Part shown: piece after piece, positions 39,259-49,558 of the stretch
Layout of the letters: every line of letters starts with the position of its first letter
How positions within the stretch are numbered: position 1 is the stretch's first letter
NCBI GenBank assembly: GCA_043825875.1
Contig: JBDRRF010000031.1
Span: 70,087 to 134,086 of the forward strand
DNA length: 64,000 bases
Direction: 5' to 3'
Source of the DNA: Pseudomonadota bacterium
GTDB taxonomy: Bacteria > Desulfobacterota > Desulfobacteria > Desulfobacterales > RPRI01
Made by a program: the position numbers and the translations under genes
The notes under the pieces: model-generated
Databases searched by the model: none
Told to the model about the DNA's origin: nothing
What the model saw: the letters and a program-made list of their open reading frames with translations, nothing else

Positions 39259-40095
39259 ATGTTTGCAGGTATAGATATAGGATCAATGACAGCAAAATGC
39301 GTCATTTTAAATGAATCGCAAATTACTTCCTGCGTTGTCATTCCTACTGATTCAAATCCAAAATTAGCCGGAATAACCGTATTTGAAAAGGCACTTGATG
39401 CGATTGAATGCACTATTAAAGAAATCAAGCGAATTGTGGGTACCGGATACGGTCGCGTATCCCTTGATTTTTTTGATCAAACAATAACGGAATTAAGCTG
39501 CCAGGCTAAAGGGGTTCGTTATTTGAATCCTGCCATCGAAGGTATTATTGATATAGGTGGCCAGGACAGTAAGGCTATTAAACTCAAACGTGATGGAACA
39601 ATTGATGACTTTAGCATGAATGACCGTTGTGCGGCCGGAACCGGGCGTTTTTTAGATGCTATGGCAAAAGCTCTTAAAACAGATACGGAATCTTTCAGCA
39701 ATTATTGTCAGGCCTCAAGGAAACCATGCTCAATTAACAGCACTTGTGTTGTATTTGCAGAATCGGAGGTGATTTCTCTTCTTGCTGCCGGAGAAACCAG
39801 AGAAGATATTGCGGCAGGACTTAATGAAAGCATAGCAAGACGTATTGGCACCCTGGTTAGACGTATAGGTCTTAACCGTAATGTCGCTTTTGTCGGTGGT
39901 GTTGCCAGAAATGACGGATTACGGTTGGCTTTGGAAAAGTATTTAAAAATTAAATTTACTGCAATTTCAGAAGATCCTCAGATTACGGGAGCTCTGGGCG
40001 CATCAATAATTGCAAAAGAAGGATATTTGGGCAGCAATAAAATAAATGATATGAATACAAAAAATATTTTGAGTGAAAGGAGAATATTTATTTAA
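39259..40095 (+). CDS. ATP-dependent [4Fe-4S] activase (HgdC/BcrAD/YjiL ASKHA family), probable reductase for the double-cubane protein
   Basis: GIDIGS, TGYGR, DIGGQDSK, MNDRCAAGTG, STCVVFAESEVIS. Confidence 0.92.
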   Translation: MFAGIDIGSMTAKCVILNESQITSCVVIPTDSNPKLAGITVFEKALDAIECTIKEIKRIVGTGYGRVSLDFFDQTITELSCQAKGVRYLNPAIEGIIDIGGQDSKAIKLKRDGTIDDFSMNDRCAAGTGRFLDAMAKALKTDTESFSNYCQASRKPCSINSTCVVFAESEVISLLAAGETREDIAAGLNESIARRIGTLVRRIGLNRNVAFVGGVARNDGLRLALEKYLKIKFTAISEDPQITGALGASIIAKEGYLGSNKINDMNTKNILSERRIFI

Positions 40096-42171
40096 ATGAA
40101 ATTTAAATTATTAAAACTTTTAGGACTGGGCTTTCTGGCTTTATGCCTGTTTATGCCTCAGAGTGTATGGGCACAAGAGGATGAAGATTGCCCGGACTGT
40201 CCTAAAAAAGAAGATTCTATAGATGATGAACGTGTTAAGCTGGGAGATGTTTTTGTCCACGCTTTTGGCGGGGGTGCAGTAACATATACTCCTACCAGTA
40301 CTTTAGTGGATGTGGATAAATATGTCAAAGCAGGAAAAGTAGAAAAAGTAGAAGATATACTTATGAACATTGCCGGAATTGATGTGTTGAAAAGTTCCGG
40401 AGCTCCTGATGCACAGGCTGTTGTTATGATGAGAGGGTTTGATGACAGCCGTTTTATTGTGGCAATGGACGGAAGACCACTAACAGGTTCAACCGGAAAG
40501 CAAAATACAACAATAGATTGGTCTGCTTTACCTTTGAGTGATATCGAAAAGATAGAGATTATCAGAGGTGGTGCATCAGCCGCTTATGAAAGTGCAGAAG
40601 GCGGTGTTATAAATATCATTACAAAAAAAGGAAGAAAAAGAGACTCTCCGGTTCCAAGACTGATTTATACGCAGGATTATTCGGCAAATCTTGATTACAC
40701 CAATGCAATTTCACATAGCGAAAGAGTCAACGTGGATGGAGGTGTGGGGGGTCTTACCTATTATTTAAATTACGGACACCGCGACGATGAAGCGTATTTG
40801 AATAATAATTATTTCTCTGGTGAAGACTATTCGGCCAGGTTTAATTATCTCTTCCCCTTTCAAGGAATTTTGTTCTTTAGTTATAAAGGCTCATCCACGG
40901 AAACGGGGAATAATGTAGTAAACTGGCCCGGTGTTGCAGGATATGATCCGGATTATCCTAAAGTTCCCGAAGATGCGGATACGATAAGATATAGGGCGAT
41001 ATCCTACGATTATCCTGGTAGAAATTACAAGGAAAGATCCGTAAAGCATATGGATGTGGCTTTTGAGCAGCCGATAAAGGATACAAAGTTAAAAATATAC
41101 TACTACAATACTCAAAATTATGAAAAACTTTACTATTTTACATCTACGGGTGTTCCCATGACATATGGCGGTGATGAGATAACCGAAAGGCATGTCGGAG
41201 GGGGTATCAAATGGTCTTTGTATCCTTTTAAAAATAATTCACTCACACTCGGGTATAATTTTAAAAGAACGGAAGCCAAGGAATTACATGATATTTTTAG
41301 AATCCATGCGGGATATTTTGAAGACTTGTGGAATATTTCCGATAAATGGATGATGAAAACCGGCCTGCGTGTTTCAAAGGCAAGACAGCAAACTTATCCT
41401 TTTAAGCTTTCCGATGAAGCGGCTTCTTCAAGGCATTTATACAATGACTGGTTCATCTTACCAAAATTTGCCTTAACATATAATTTCAATCCGGAAACCA
41501 ATGTATATGTATCCGTTGCCAAGGACTATGACACTCCAGGGTGCTGAGATGGCTCTGCTATGTCTGCCGGCGGCAAACAAAAAAAACTTGAATATGAAAC
41601 AACGTGGCAATATGAAACCGGAATTTATCATCGTTTTACAGAAAATATCGATAACAGATTTGTAGTTTATTATACTGATATCACAGATTACGTTACAATA
41701 AACAGAGCTGATGTAATTCATAACAGCACATGGAGTGGATGGAATATCGATACCGTAAGGTTCTGGGGAATTGAATATGAATTTAACATAAATTGTAAGA
41801 AAATGACTGCTTTTGGAAACTATACATATGTTGATAACGAAGTAAAAGAAGATGATCCCACAAAATTAGTAGACTTTTTAGTGGAATTACCACCTAAGCA
41901 TAAGATTAATCTTAGTTTAAGATATCATCTTAGCGATTCTGTACAATTTTCCTGGGATCAGCGTTACGTTGGCAAGAGATACAGTGAAGCAGGATATACT
42001 CTTAGCGAATATACAACATCGGATATCGGTGTGCAGTATTCATTTTATAAGAACAAAGCAAAGCTAAACGCTTATATCAATAATTTGTTCGGGGAAAATT
42101 ACGAGCAAACATACGGTTATCAGATGAAACGCCAAATTTATGGTTTAACATTTAAATATACATTCTTTTAA
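40096..42171 (+). CDS. TonB-dependent receptor with in-frame TGA at 41545-41547, putative selenoprotein (Cys-Sec), 691 aa
   Basis: Signal peptide, plug motifs MRGFD...DGRP, IEKIEIIRG...GGVINIITKK; ORFs 40096-41547 and 41560-42171 share one frame with one TGA between; ends ...FKYTFF. Confidence 0.8.
41561..41579 (+). other. Putative bacterial SECIS hairpin for TGA 41545
   Basis: TGTCTGCC-GGC-GGCAAACA (7 of 8 pairs), G-led apical loop about 21 nt after the TGA. Confidence 0.55.
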
Positions 42172-42177
42172 TTATTT

Positions 42178-44007
42178 ATGAAAAAACGAACCGTTAGTAT
42201 TTTGAAATTAAAATTTATCTATATTGTAAACATCAGTTGTGTATTGATTCTGCTGCCTTTTTTTAATGGTATCCTTAATGCAAAAGAAAAAATAATCAAA
42301 GAAGAAACCATTAAAATTGATACAAACAAGGATGGGAAGATTGATCAGTTAGTCTATCTGGATGCAGGTGGAAAAGTATTTAAGGTAGAAAATGACGGCA
42401 ATGCCGATGGAATAATGGACAGGTTCCAGTATTATGAAAATGGCAAACCAGTGCGTGTTGAAAGAGATCTTGATTTTAATCAAAAGATCGACTGCCGGGA
42501 TTTTATCAAAGATGGCAAAAGAGTCAGGCAGGAAAAGGACAGCACAGGCAATGGCAAAATCGATCAGATTATATACTTTGACAAGAAAGAAAATCCTTTA
42601 AAGATTGAAAAGGATTCTACAGGCGACGCTTATTTCGATACTATTATCTATTTTGATAAGGGAGTAATTGCAAGTTCAACAAAAGATACAAAAGCAGACG
42701 GAAAAATAAATGTATGGGAAACATATCAAAACGGAAAGCGTTTTGAAAGAAAAGAAGATATGGACGGTGATGGGCTGGTTGAAAAATTCATATTGTTTGA
42801 TGGCGAAGGTCTTGTAAAAGAAATCAGGATGGATTCGGACAAAAGCGGTAATATGGATACTTTCCGGTTTTTTGAAAAAGGAGATATCGTTTTACAGAAA
42901 AAGGATATGGATTATGACGGCTGGTTTGAAACCGTAATTATATTTAAAAACGGAAAAATATATGAAGAACAAAAAGATTCAAACAATGACAGGGTATTTG
43001 ATATAACACTCAAGTTTAAAAACGAAAAGCCTTTTTACCAGGAAAAAGACACTGATTTTGATAAAACAGCGGACTTCTTCTGTGATTTCGATTCAAAAGG
43101 ACTTCCGGCAGTAATCAGGGAAGACAGCAGGTATACAGGAAAAATAGATCGAACAAGATATTTTGAAAAGGGCGAGATAAGTAAAATGGAATATGATTCA
43201 CAAGGAGATGAATTCATAGATCAGGTAACCTTTTTTAAAAACAGTAAACCGAGTTTGCAGACACTTGATGAAAATAAAGACACAAAGCCTGATATAAAGA
43301 TTTTTTTCAACAAAAAGGGAGAAAAACAAAAGGTTGAAAGTGATACGAATTATAACGGCAAATCTGATACATGGCAGTACTACGAAAATGAAAAAATCGT
43401 AAGAGTGGAAAAAGATGAAAATGAAAACGGGGCAGTTGATCATAAACTGTATTTTGACAAAAACGAAAACAGAATAAAACTGCTTACGGATCAGGATCAC
43501 AATGGCAGATTTGAAACCACACAGTGGTTTAACCTTAAAGATTGGGATGTGGTTATAGAAACTGATATCGATGGAGATAAAAACACCGATACCCGTCATT
43601 TCTACAAGGATGGTATTTTAAGAGTAAAAGAAATTGATGAAAATGCCGACGGGAAACCGGATCTTGTTGAATATTACGACAAAGACAAAAAGCTTGTAAA
43701 GAGTAAGGAAGATGTCGGGTACACCGGTATTTTAAATACTGTCTGGCATTATGACGGAAAGCAGCAGGCAGTTCTCGCCGAAAAGGATGTTGACGGAGAC
43801 GGCAGGATTGATACCTGGTTTTACTATGACAAGGATCGTGTAACAAGAGTTGAGGAAGATTCAAACCATGACGGCAAACCGGACATCTGGGAAGAATATG
43901 ATGAATCCGAAGCACTGGTAAAAAAATCAAAAGATCTGGATTATGACGGAATTGTCGATGTGATAGAAGACAAGACAAATAATGATAATTTAAACATTAA
44001 TAAATAA
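42178..44007 (+). CDS. Exported acidic tandem-repeat protein (about 24-aa repeats with DxxxDGxxD)
   Basis: Signal-like N-terminus, then roughly 20 or more repeats such as DTNKDGKID, DMDGDGLVE, DVDGDGRID, DSNHDGKPD. Confidence 0.8.
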   Translation: MKKRTVSILKLKFIYIVNISCVLILLPFFNGILNAKEKIIKEETIKIDTNKDGKIDQLVYLDAGGKVFKVENDGNADGIMDRFQYYENGKPVRVERDLDFNQKIDCRDFIKDGKRVRQEKDSTGNGKIDQIIYFDKKENPLKIEKDSTGDAYFDTIIYFDKGVIASSTKDTKADGKINVWETYQNGKRFERKEDMDGDGLVEKFILFDGEGLVKEIRMDSDKSGNMDTFRFFEKGDIVLQKKDMDYDGWFETVIIFKNGKIYEEQKDSNNDRVFDITLKFKNEKPFYQEKDTDFDKTADFFCDFDSKGLPAVIREDSRYTGKIDRTRYFEKGEISKMEYDSQGDEFIDQVTFFKNSKPSLQTLDENKDTKPDIKIFFNKKGEKQKVESDTNYNGKSDTWQYYENEKIVRVEKDENENGAVDHKLYFDKNENRIKLLTDQDHNGRFETTQWFNLKDWDVVIETDIDGDKNTDTRHFYKDGILRVKEIDENADGKPDLVEYYDKDKKLVKSKEDVGYTGILNTVWHYDGKQQAVLAEKDVDGDGRIDTWFYYDKDRVTRVEEDSNHDGKPDIWEEYDESEALVKKSKDLDYDGIVDVIEDKTNNDNLNINK

Positions 44008-44023
44008 CAGGGGGTGTATCGAT

Positions 44024-44641
44024 ATGCTCGAATTCTTTTCGAAGGGCGGTATCTGCATGTGGCCGATTCTTCTGTGTTCGGTTATATCATTGGCTATTTT
44101 TATAGAGCGTCTTATACGGATCGGCAAGATGCGTAAGCGCGGACAGGGGCTTGAGTATAAGGTGGCTGAGAAACTGAAAAACAGGGATGATCAAAATGCT
44201 TTTGCGATTGCAGGTCAGAGCAATTCACCTATTGGACGGGTGTTGGTAAAAGCACTGGAAGTAAAAGACCAGGACAGGGAAACCATTGAGACCGTTATTG
44301 TCCATGCGACCGATGAAGAGGTTCAGGGCCTTTCACGATATCTTCAGGCTCTTGCAACAATGGGAAATATAGTACCTATGATGGGACTTTTAGGTACGGT
44401 TATGGGTATGATTAAAGCATTTATGGTTATCCAGGAAATGGGAGGCAAGGTCAACTCTTCAGTTCTTGCCGGAGGTATCTGGGAGGCTATGCTGACAACA
44501 GCATTCGGCCTTGCTGTAGCTCTTCCTATTGTTGTTGCTCACAGCTATCTTCTTTCAATGGTAAATGGCTATGAGTCCAGAATTCAGCAGGGAAGTGTTT
44601 TGTTTTTGAAAACCATATCATCTCTTAGAAACAAATCTTAA
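44024..44641 (+). CDS. exbB: ExbB/TolQ proton-channel protein
   Basis: GG..MWPI, PMMGLLGTV.GMI, GGIWEAMLTTAFGL. Confidence 0.92.
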   Translation: MLEFFSKGGICMWPILLCSVISLAIFIERLIRIGKMRKRGQGLEYKVAEKLKNRDDQNAFAIAGQSNSPIGRVLVKALEVKDQDRETIETVIVHATDEEVQGLSRYLQALATMGNIVPMMGLLGTVMGMIKAFMVIQEMGGKVNSSVLAGGIWEAMLTTAFGLAVALPIVVAHSYLLSMVNGYESRIQQGSVLFLKTISSLRNKS

Positions 44642-44653
44642 AAGGATTGCTTT

Positions 44654-45061
44654 ATGATTAAAAGCCGTAAAAAGAGGGCAATTTATGAGGTGCAGATGCC
44701 GCTTACCTCGCTTATTGATATTATTTTCATGCTGCTTATATATTTTCTTTTGACCACAAATTTCATGGTGGATGAAGGAATAAAGATCAAGCTTCCCCAG
44801 GCAAAAGCATCAAAGCCCCAGGTGGAGGAATCCATCACTATTTTTGTTGATAAAGATGGCAGAACATATCTGAACGAACAGGAAGTCGAGATAGGCGAAC
44901 TTTTCAAGAAGGTTAAGGAAATGGTTGGAAACGATAAGGATAAACTGGTAGTAGTCAGATCCGACAGGGGAGTAATACTTAACAAGGTGGTCAAGGTCAT
45001 GGATGTTGCCAAGGCTGCCGGAGCCGGCAGGCTTTGCCTTGCTACGGAAAAGGATTTGTAA
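44654..45061 (+). CDS. exbD: ExbD/TolR protein
   Basis: LTSLIDIIFMLLIYF, LP.A, RSD...VVKVMD. Confidence 0.92.
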   Translation: MIKSRKKRAIYEVQMPLTSLIDIIFMLLIYFLLTTNFMVDEGIKIKLPQAKASKPQVEESITIFVDKDGRTYLNEQEVEIGELFKKVKEMVGNDKDKLVVVRSDRGVILNKVVKVMDVAKAAGAGRLCLATEKDL

Positions 45062-45066
45062 TTGTC

Positions 45067-45792
45067 ATGGAAACTACATGGGGAACAAATATTATTGGTG
45101 ACCGTTACGATAGAAAAAAAAATGCAAACTGGCTTCTAAGAGGACTGATCGGAATTTCTTTGGGGGTCCATTTGATAGCGGTTTTGCATGTTTCAGGGCT
45201 ATATAAGTCAAGCATGATATCATTTATAGAGTTAAGTATGGAAGATATTTCAAAGTCTGTTTCAAGAGATATTCCAAGACCCCGTCACAAACCGAAACCT
45301 GTTTCCGTCCCGAAAGAGATTCAAAAGCTCAAAATACAAACAAGGGTTATGCCAAGCTTCAAACCTATCAAAATAGACAACATAAATAATAACTATTCAA
45401 GCAAAATGACCGAACAGATAAGTGCTTCCGGGATTTTAAAAGGCTCTGCTTTGGATCTTGCCGCTCTTGATCCGGGAGTATCAGACGGATTAAAGGATGT
45501 AATAACGAAAAAAGATTATTTTGATCTTGTTCAGCTCAGGATAGAAAGCAAAAAAGAATATCCGAGAATAGCAAAGATGAATCGGATAGAGGGTCGGTCA
45601 ACCGTGGAATTTGTTGTCGGACTTGACGGTAGTATATCCGGACTATCGATTGTAGGAACATCAAGAGACAGAACTTTAGACAATGCCGTTATTGAAGCCG
45701 TAAAAAAAGCATCACCTTTTCCAAGGCCTCCTTTAAGACTTTTTAGCGGGCCTATTCCGATTGAAATTACTGTCGTTTTTGAAATAACATAA
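45067..45792 (+). CDS. tonB: TonB energy transducer
   Basis: TM with S...H (SLGVH), Pro-rich linker, YP..A....IEG...VEF and SPFP.PP C-domain. Confidence 0.88.
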   Translation: METTWGTNIIGDRYDRKKNANWLLRGLIGISLGVHLIAVLHVSGLYKSSMISFIELSMEDISKSVSRDIPRPRHKPKPVSVPKEIQKLKIQTRVMPSFKPIKIDNINNNYSSKMTEQISASGILKGSALDLAALDPGVSDGLKDVITKKDYFDLVQLRIESKKEYPRIAKMNRIEGRSTVEFVVGLDGSISGLSIVGTSRDRTLDNAVIEAVKKASPFPRPPLRLFSGPIPIEITVVFEIT

Positions 45793-45803
45793 CAGGAGAC
45801 CTG

Positions 45804-46961
45804 ATGAAAGAATTCAAGGTTAATGATACTATTCAGGAAGTAAGAACAAATCTGGCTTTAGAACTTGAAATGGCGAAAGATGAGGGAAGAAAAGTTGTAG
45901 GTTCAATGTGTTCTTATTTTCCAAAGGAACTTGTATGGGCAGCCGATGCGATTTCAGTCGGTCTTTGCGGAACTACTGAAGAGCCGATTGCAGCAGCAGA
46001 AGAAGTGCTGCCTGCTGACTTATGCCCCATGGTTAAAGCAACTTACGGCCGTGCTGTTTCAAACACCTGCCCAATATTTCCGCTTACCGATTGTATTGTG
46101 GGTGAAACAACATGCGATGGCAGAAAAAAAATGTATGAACTACTTGCATGGGAAAAGCCTATGCACATTATGGAACTCCCGCAGATGTCTGAAGAAAAGG
46201 AAGCTCTTGTCCACTGGATAGCGGAGGTTAAAAAGCTTAAAGTATTTATTGAAAAACAACTTGGGGTAAAAATAACAGACGAAAAATTAAAACAGGCCAT
46301 CAAAGATGTAAATGAAGAACGCAGGCTTTTAGTTGAAATTCATAAATGCCGTAAGTCACATCCAGTGCCGGTTATGGGTGTTGACCTTGTTGGATTAACC
46401 ACCAAATTCGCCTATACGGTTGATCGCAAACCTTATAGAGAAAAACTTGGCAATCTTCTCGAAGGGCTAAAAACAAAAATACAAAATAATGAATATGCCT
46501 GTTCTTCTGACAGACCAAGAATCCTCTGGACGGGTTTGGGAAACAGCCTGGGATGTGACAAGGTTTTAAAACTGGTGGAGGAATGCGGAGGGGTTGTCGT
46601 CTGTCAGGAAGGTTGTGGCGGTATTACGCGCATGGAAGATATGGTGGATGAAAACAAAGATCCTATTGAAGCGATTGCCCAAAGATATCTAAGAGTAACT
46701 TGTTCCTGTATGACGCCGAATAATACAAGGTTTAAAGATATCGACAGGCTTATAACGGAATATAATATACAGGGTGTTATAGATCTTACATGGCAGTTTT
46801 GCCATACTTTTAATATCGAATCTTACAGGGTAAAAGAAGTTGTTAAAGGAAAGCATGACCTTCCTTTTCTCCATATCGTAACGGATTTTTCGCAGTCCGA
46901 TATCGGACAGCTCAGAGTACGCATTGAAGGTTTTCTGGAGCAGATTTCAATGGGAAATTAG
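45804..46961 (+). CDS. Double-cubane-cluster-type anaerobic reductase (YjiM / 2-hydroxyacyl-CoA dehydratase superfamily)
   Basis: [58 protein letters not shown]; no second dehydratase subunit in the operon. Confidence 0.8.
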   Translation: MKEFKVNDTIQEVRTNLALELEMAKDEGRKVVGSMCSYFPKELVWAADAISVGLCGTTEEPIAAAEEVLPADLCPMVKATYGRAVSNTCPIFPLTDCIVGETTCDGRKKMYELLAWEKPMHIMELPQMSEEKEALVHWIAEVKKLKVFIEKQLGVKITDEKLKQAIKDVNEERRLLVEIHKCRKSHPVPVMGVDLVGLTTKFAYTVDRKPYREKLGNLLEGLKTKIQNNEYACSSDRPRILWTGLGNSLGCDKVLKLVEECGGVVVCQEGCGGITRMEDMVDENKDPIEAIAQRYLRVTCSCMTPNNTRFKDIDRLITEYNIQGVIDLTWQFCHTFNIESYRVKEVVKGKHDLPFLHIVTDFSQSDIGQLRVRIEGFLEQISMGN

Positions 46962-46962
46962 C

Positions 46963-47745
46963 ATGTGTCTCATTGAGGCGGAAAAACTTACAAAAGTATA
47001 TGCGGATGGAAAAAGCAAAAATGTAATTGCAATCGAAGACTTTAATCTCAAAGTTGAGGAACGTGAATTTACCAGCATAGTCGGTCCTAGCGGATGCGGA
47101 AAATCAACTTTTCTATTATTGGTTTCGGGCTTAGAAAAAGCAACGGCAGGCAAGCTATATATTAAAGGCCAACCGGTAAACGGTCCCGATCCTTTAAGGT
47201 CTATAGTATTTCAGGAATATCTTCTTTTCCCATGGAAAACTGTCAGAGGTAATGTTGAGTTCGGTCTGGAACTTAAAAGAATACCGAAAAACAAACGCCG
47301 GGAAATTGCTTCCGTCTATATTGAACTCGTAGGTCTGGAGGGTTTTGAAGACCGCTATCCTCACGAGTTGAGCGGAGGCATGAAACAGCGGGTAGCAATT
47401 GCAAGGGCGCTTGTAAATAAGCCCAAGGTAATTTTGCTTGACGAACCATTCGGATCATTGGATGCACTCACCCGTGAAGGCCTTCAGACAGAGCTTTTGC
47501 GAATATGGCATGAGGCAAAATGCACAGTACTTTTTGTAACCCATAGCATAAGCGAGGCGGTTTATTTGTCTGACAAAGTTGCAATTATGACCAAGCGGCC
47601 AGGAAAGATTAAAGAATTGATTAAAATTGATCTTCCCCGGCCACGCACCAGGGATATGTTTGTTTCGCCTGAGTTTAGAGAATATGAAAGATATCTTAAA
47701 GAACTTGTATGGGAAGAATTTCAAGAAGGCAACAATGAGGTTTAA
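46963..47745 (+). CDS. ABC ATPase, TauB/SsuB type
   Basis: [32 protein letters not shown]. Confidence 0.93.
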   Translation: MCLIEAEKLTKVYADGKSKNVIAIEDFNLKVEEREFTSIVGPSGCGKSTFLLLVSGLEKATAGKLYIKGQPVNGPDPLRSIVFQEYLLFPWKTVRGNVEFGLELKRIPKNKRREIASVYIELVGLEGFEDRYPHELSGGMKQRVAIARALVNKPKVILLDEPFGSLDALTREGLQTELLRIWHEAKCTVLFVTHSISEAVYLSDKVAIMTKRPGKIKELIKIDLPRPRTRDMFVSPEFREYERYLKELVWEEFQEGNNEV

Positions 47746-48505
47746 ATACAGAAAAATTATCTCTCCCATATGTGTTCTTGCATTATGGGAAATCATCGGC
47801 CGTTTTATCTGGGTGGATCCTTTCTTTTTTCCGCCTCCGTCCGAAATGCTTAAGGAATTGTATGCAATGATAATTACCGGTGAGGTATTTCCGCACATTG
47901 CTATTAGTATTGCCCGTGCATTTAGCGGATATATTCTCGCAGCAATTGCAGGTCTGACTATAGGACTTCTTGTAGCATGGTCAACGGTTGTCGAAGATAT
48001 CATCGATCCGCTTATCGAACTGATCAGGCCTATTTCCACATTTGCGTTGGTACCTGTTATGTTTATCTGGTTCGGTATAGGAAACGGCTCTAAAGTGGCG
48101 ATTATTTTTAAAGCATGTTTTTTCCCTATAGTCTTAAATACAATTGCAGGAATCAAAGGTGTAGATAAAAAACTCATTCAGGCTGCGCGTTCACTTGGCG
48201 CAAATGGTTTTCAGCTATGGGTTAAAGTACTTATACCGGCAGCCCTCCCCATGATTGTCACCGGTATGAGAATTTCAACCGCCATGTCAATGCTTGCAAT
48301 TGTGGGAGTTGAAATGCTTGCTGCCGATTCCGGAATAGGCTTTCTAGTTATAGATGCACAACGAACATTTGCCACAGCGAGAATGTTTGCAGGAATTATC
48401 GTAATTTCATCTCTAGGATTTAGTATGGATCGTATTGCCCGGATTATTCAAAGCAGAGTACTGGCTTGGCATACCGAAACCTCTTTATCCGGGGGAATGG
48501 CGTAA
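47735..48505 (+). CDS. ABC permease, TauC/SsuC type
   Basis: PPPS, WFGIG, AARSLGA, PAALP, GIGF. Confidence 0.92.
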   Translation: MRFKYRKIISPICVLALWEIIGRFIWVDPFFFPPPSEMLKELYAMIITGEVFPHIAISIARAFSGYILAAIAGLTIGLLVAWSTVVEDIIDPLIELIRPISTFALVPVMFIWFGIGNGSKVAIIFKACFFPIVLNTIAGIKGVDKKLIQAARSLGANGFQLWVKVLIPAALPMIVTGMRISTAMSMLAIVGVEMLAADSGIGFLVIDAQRTFATARMFAGIIVISSLGFSMDRIARIIQSRVLAWHTETSLSGGMA

Positions 48506-48531
48506 ATAAACAGAGTTTATAAGGAATCAGA

Positions 48532-49512
48532 ATGTATTTTAAAAAAATTACAATTATGATCATATCCGTTACGGTAATTGTATTACTAAATTTATATCCC
48601 TGCACAGCCAAAGACTTTCCTCTGGGCAGCATGAAGGTAACATACGGCAGAAGTATAGACGATCTTCCTCTCTATGTAGGGCTTGAAGAAGGCTTTTGGG
48701 AAAAAGAAGGACTCAAAGTCGAGCTTGTAAGACTTGTAGGTGAACAAAACATTATCGCTTCAGCGCTTCATGGCGACATAAATGCAGGTCATATTGCACC
48801 TGCATCATTTTTTCATGCTGCAAACAGAAAAATTCCCATAAAGATCGTTGCATGGCTCGGCAGGGCGCATAATGGAACAAGATGCGGTCTTCATTCGGAT
48901 GCAACAAATAAGGAAATAAAAGACATTACGGATTTAAAAGGCAAGAGAGTTGCAACCAGTGGGGATATAAGTGCCAAGATGATTCTTCGCGAAACTTTGA
49001 TAAAGGCCGGCTTAAGCTTTGATGATATTCATGAAATAAAGGGGATCAAGCTTGATGATGCCATGAAGCATGAAGCTGCCTTAAGATCAAAAGGCGTTGA
49101 TGTAATAGTTGCCTGAGATCCCACTGCGACCATGCTGGAGATGCATGGTGCGAGTCGGCTGCTTTTTTCATTTAATGACGCAATCCCGGGATATGTATTT
49201 TCAGGATTGTTTTTTACGGATAAGTATCTTCGTGAAAACCCGGAAAAAGCAAAAGCCTTTTTACGGGGCCTTGTCAGGTCATTTGATTATATAAAAAACA
49301 ATGAAAAAGAAGCAAGACGCTGGATACCGAAATATTGCGGAGTCGAAATGGAAGTGGCTATGCGCTCTGCCCTGAGGCATTTTGAAGACGGAAGGGAACC
49401 TATTAAACAGTTATATAAACAGCAGGATATTATGATAGAAAACGGCCATCTTCCGGGAAGAATTCCCATAGAAGATTTTATCGATTACAGTTATCTGCCA
49501 GATAATAATTGA
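48532..49512 (+). CDS. ABC substrate-binding protein (SsuA/NMT1 type) with in-frame TGA at 49114-49116, putative selenoprotein, 326 aa
   Basis: ORFs 48532-49116 and 49132-49512 share one frame; read-through gives VDVIVA-U-DPTAT; PLYVGLEEG, DLKGKRVA, ENPE..KAFLRGL motifs span both halves. Confidence 0.8.
49120..49158 (+). other. Putative bacterial SECIS hairpin for TGA 49114
   Basis: Perfect stem ACCATGC (49129-49135) / GCATGGT (49143-49149), loop TGGAGAT, extendable lower stem; loop about 19 nt after the TGA. Confidence 0.7.
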
Positions 49513-49558
49513 TTTTAAAATTGGGAGAAGAAATATAATTATTACGGAGGTCAAGACT

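Noticed and set aside
41560..42171. Independent 203-aa gene (likewise 49132-49512)
   Set aside because: No signal peptide or clear RBS; each is the in-frame C-terminal part of the upstream protein
40096..49512. Genome-wide TGA reassignment (Trp or Gly) as the explanation for the split genes
   Set aside because: TGA ends many intact genes here (gspH, gspK, gspN, radC, tetR) and Trp is encoded by TGG throughout
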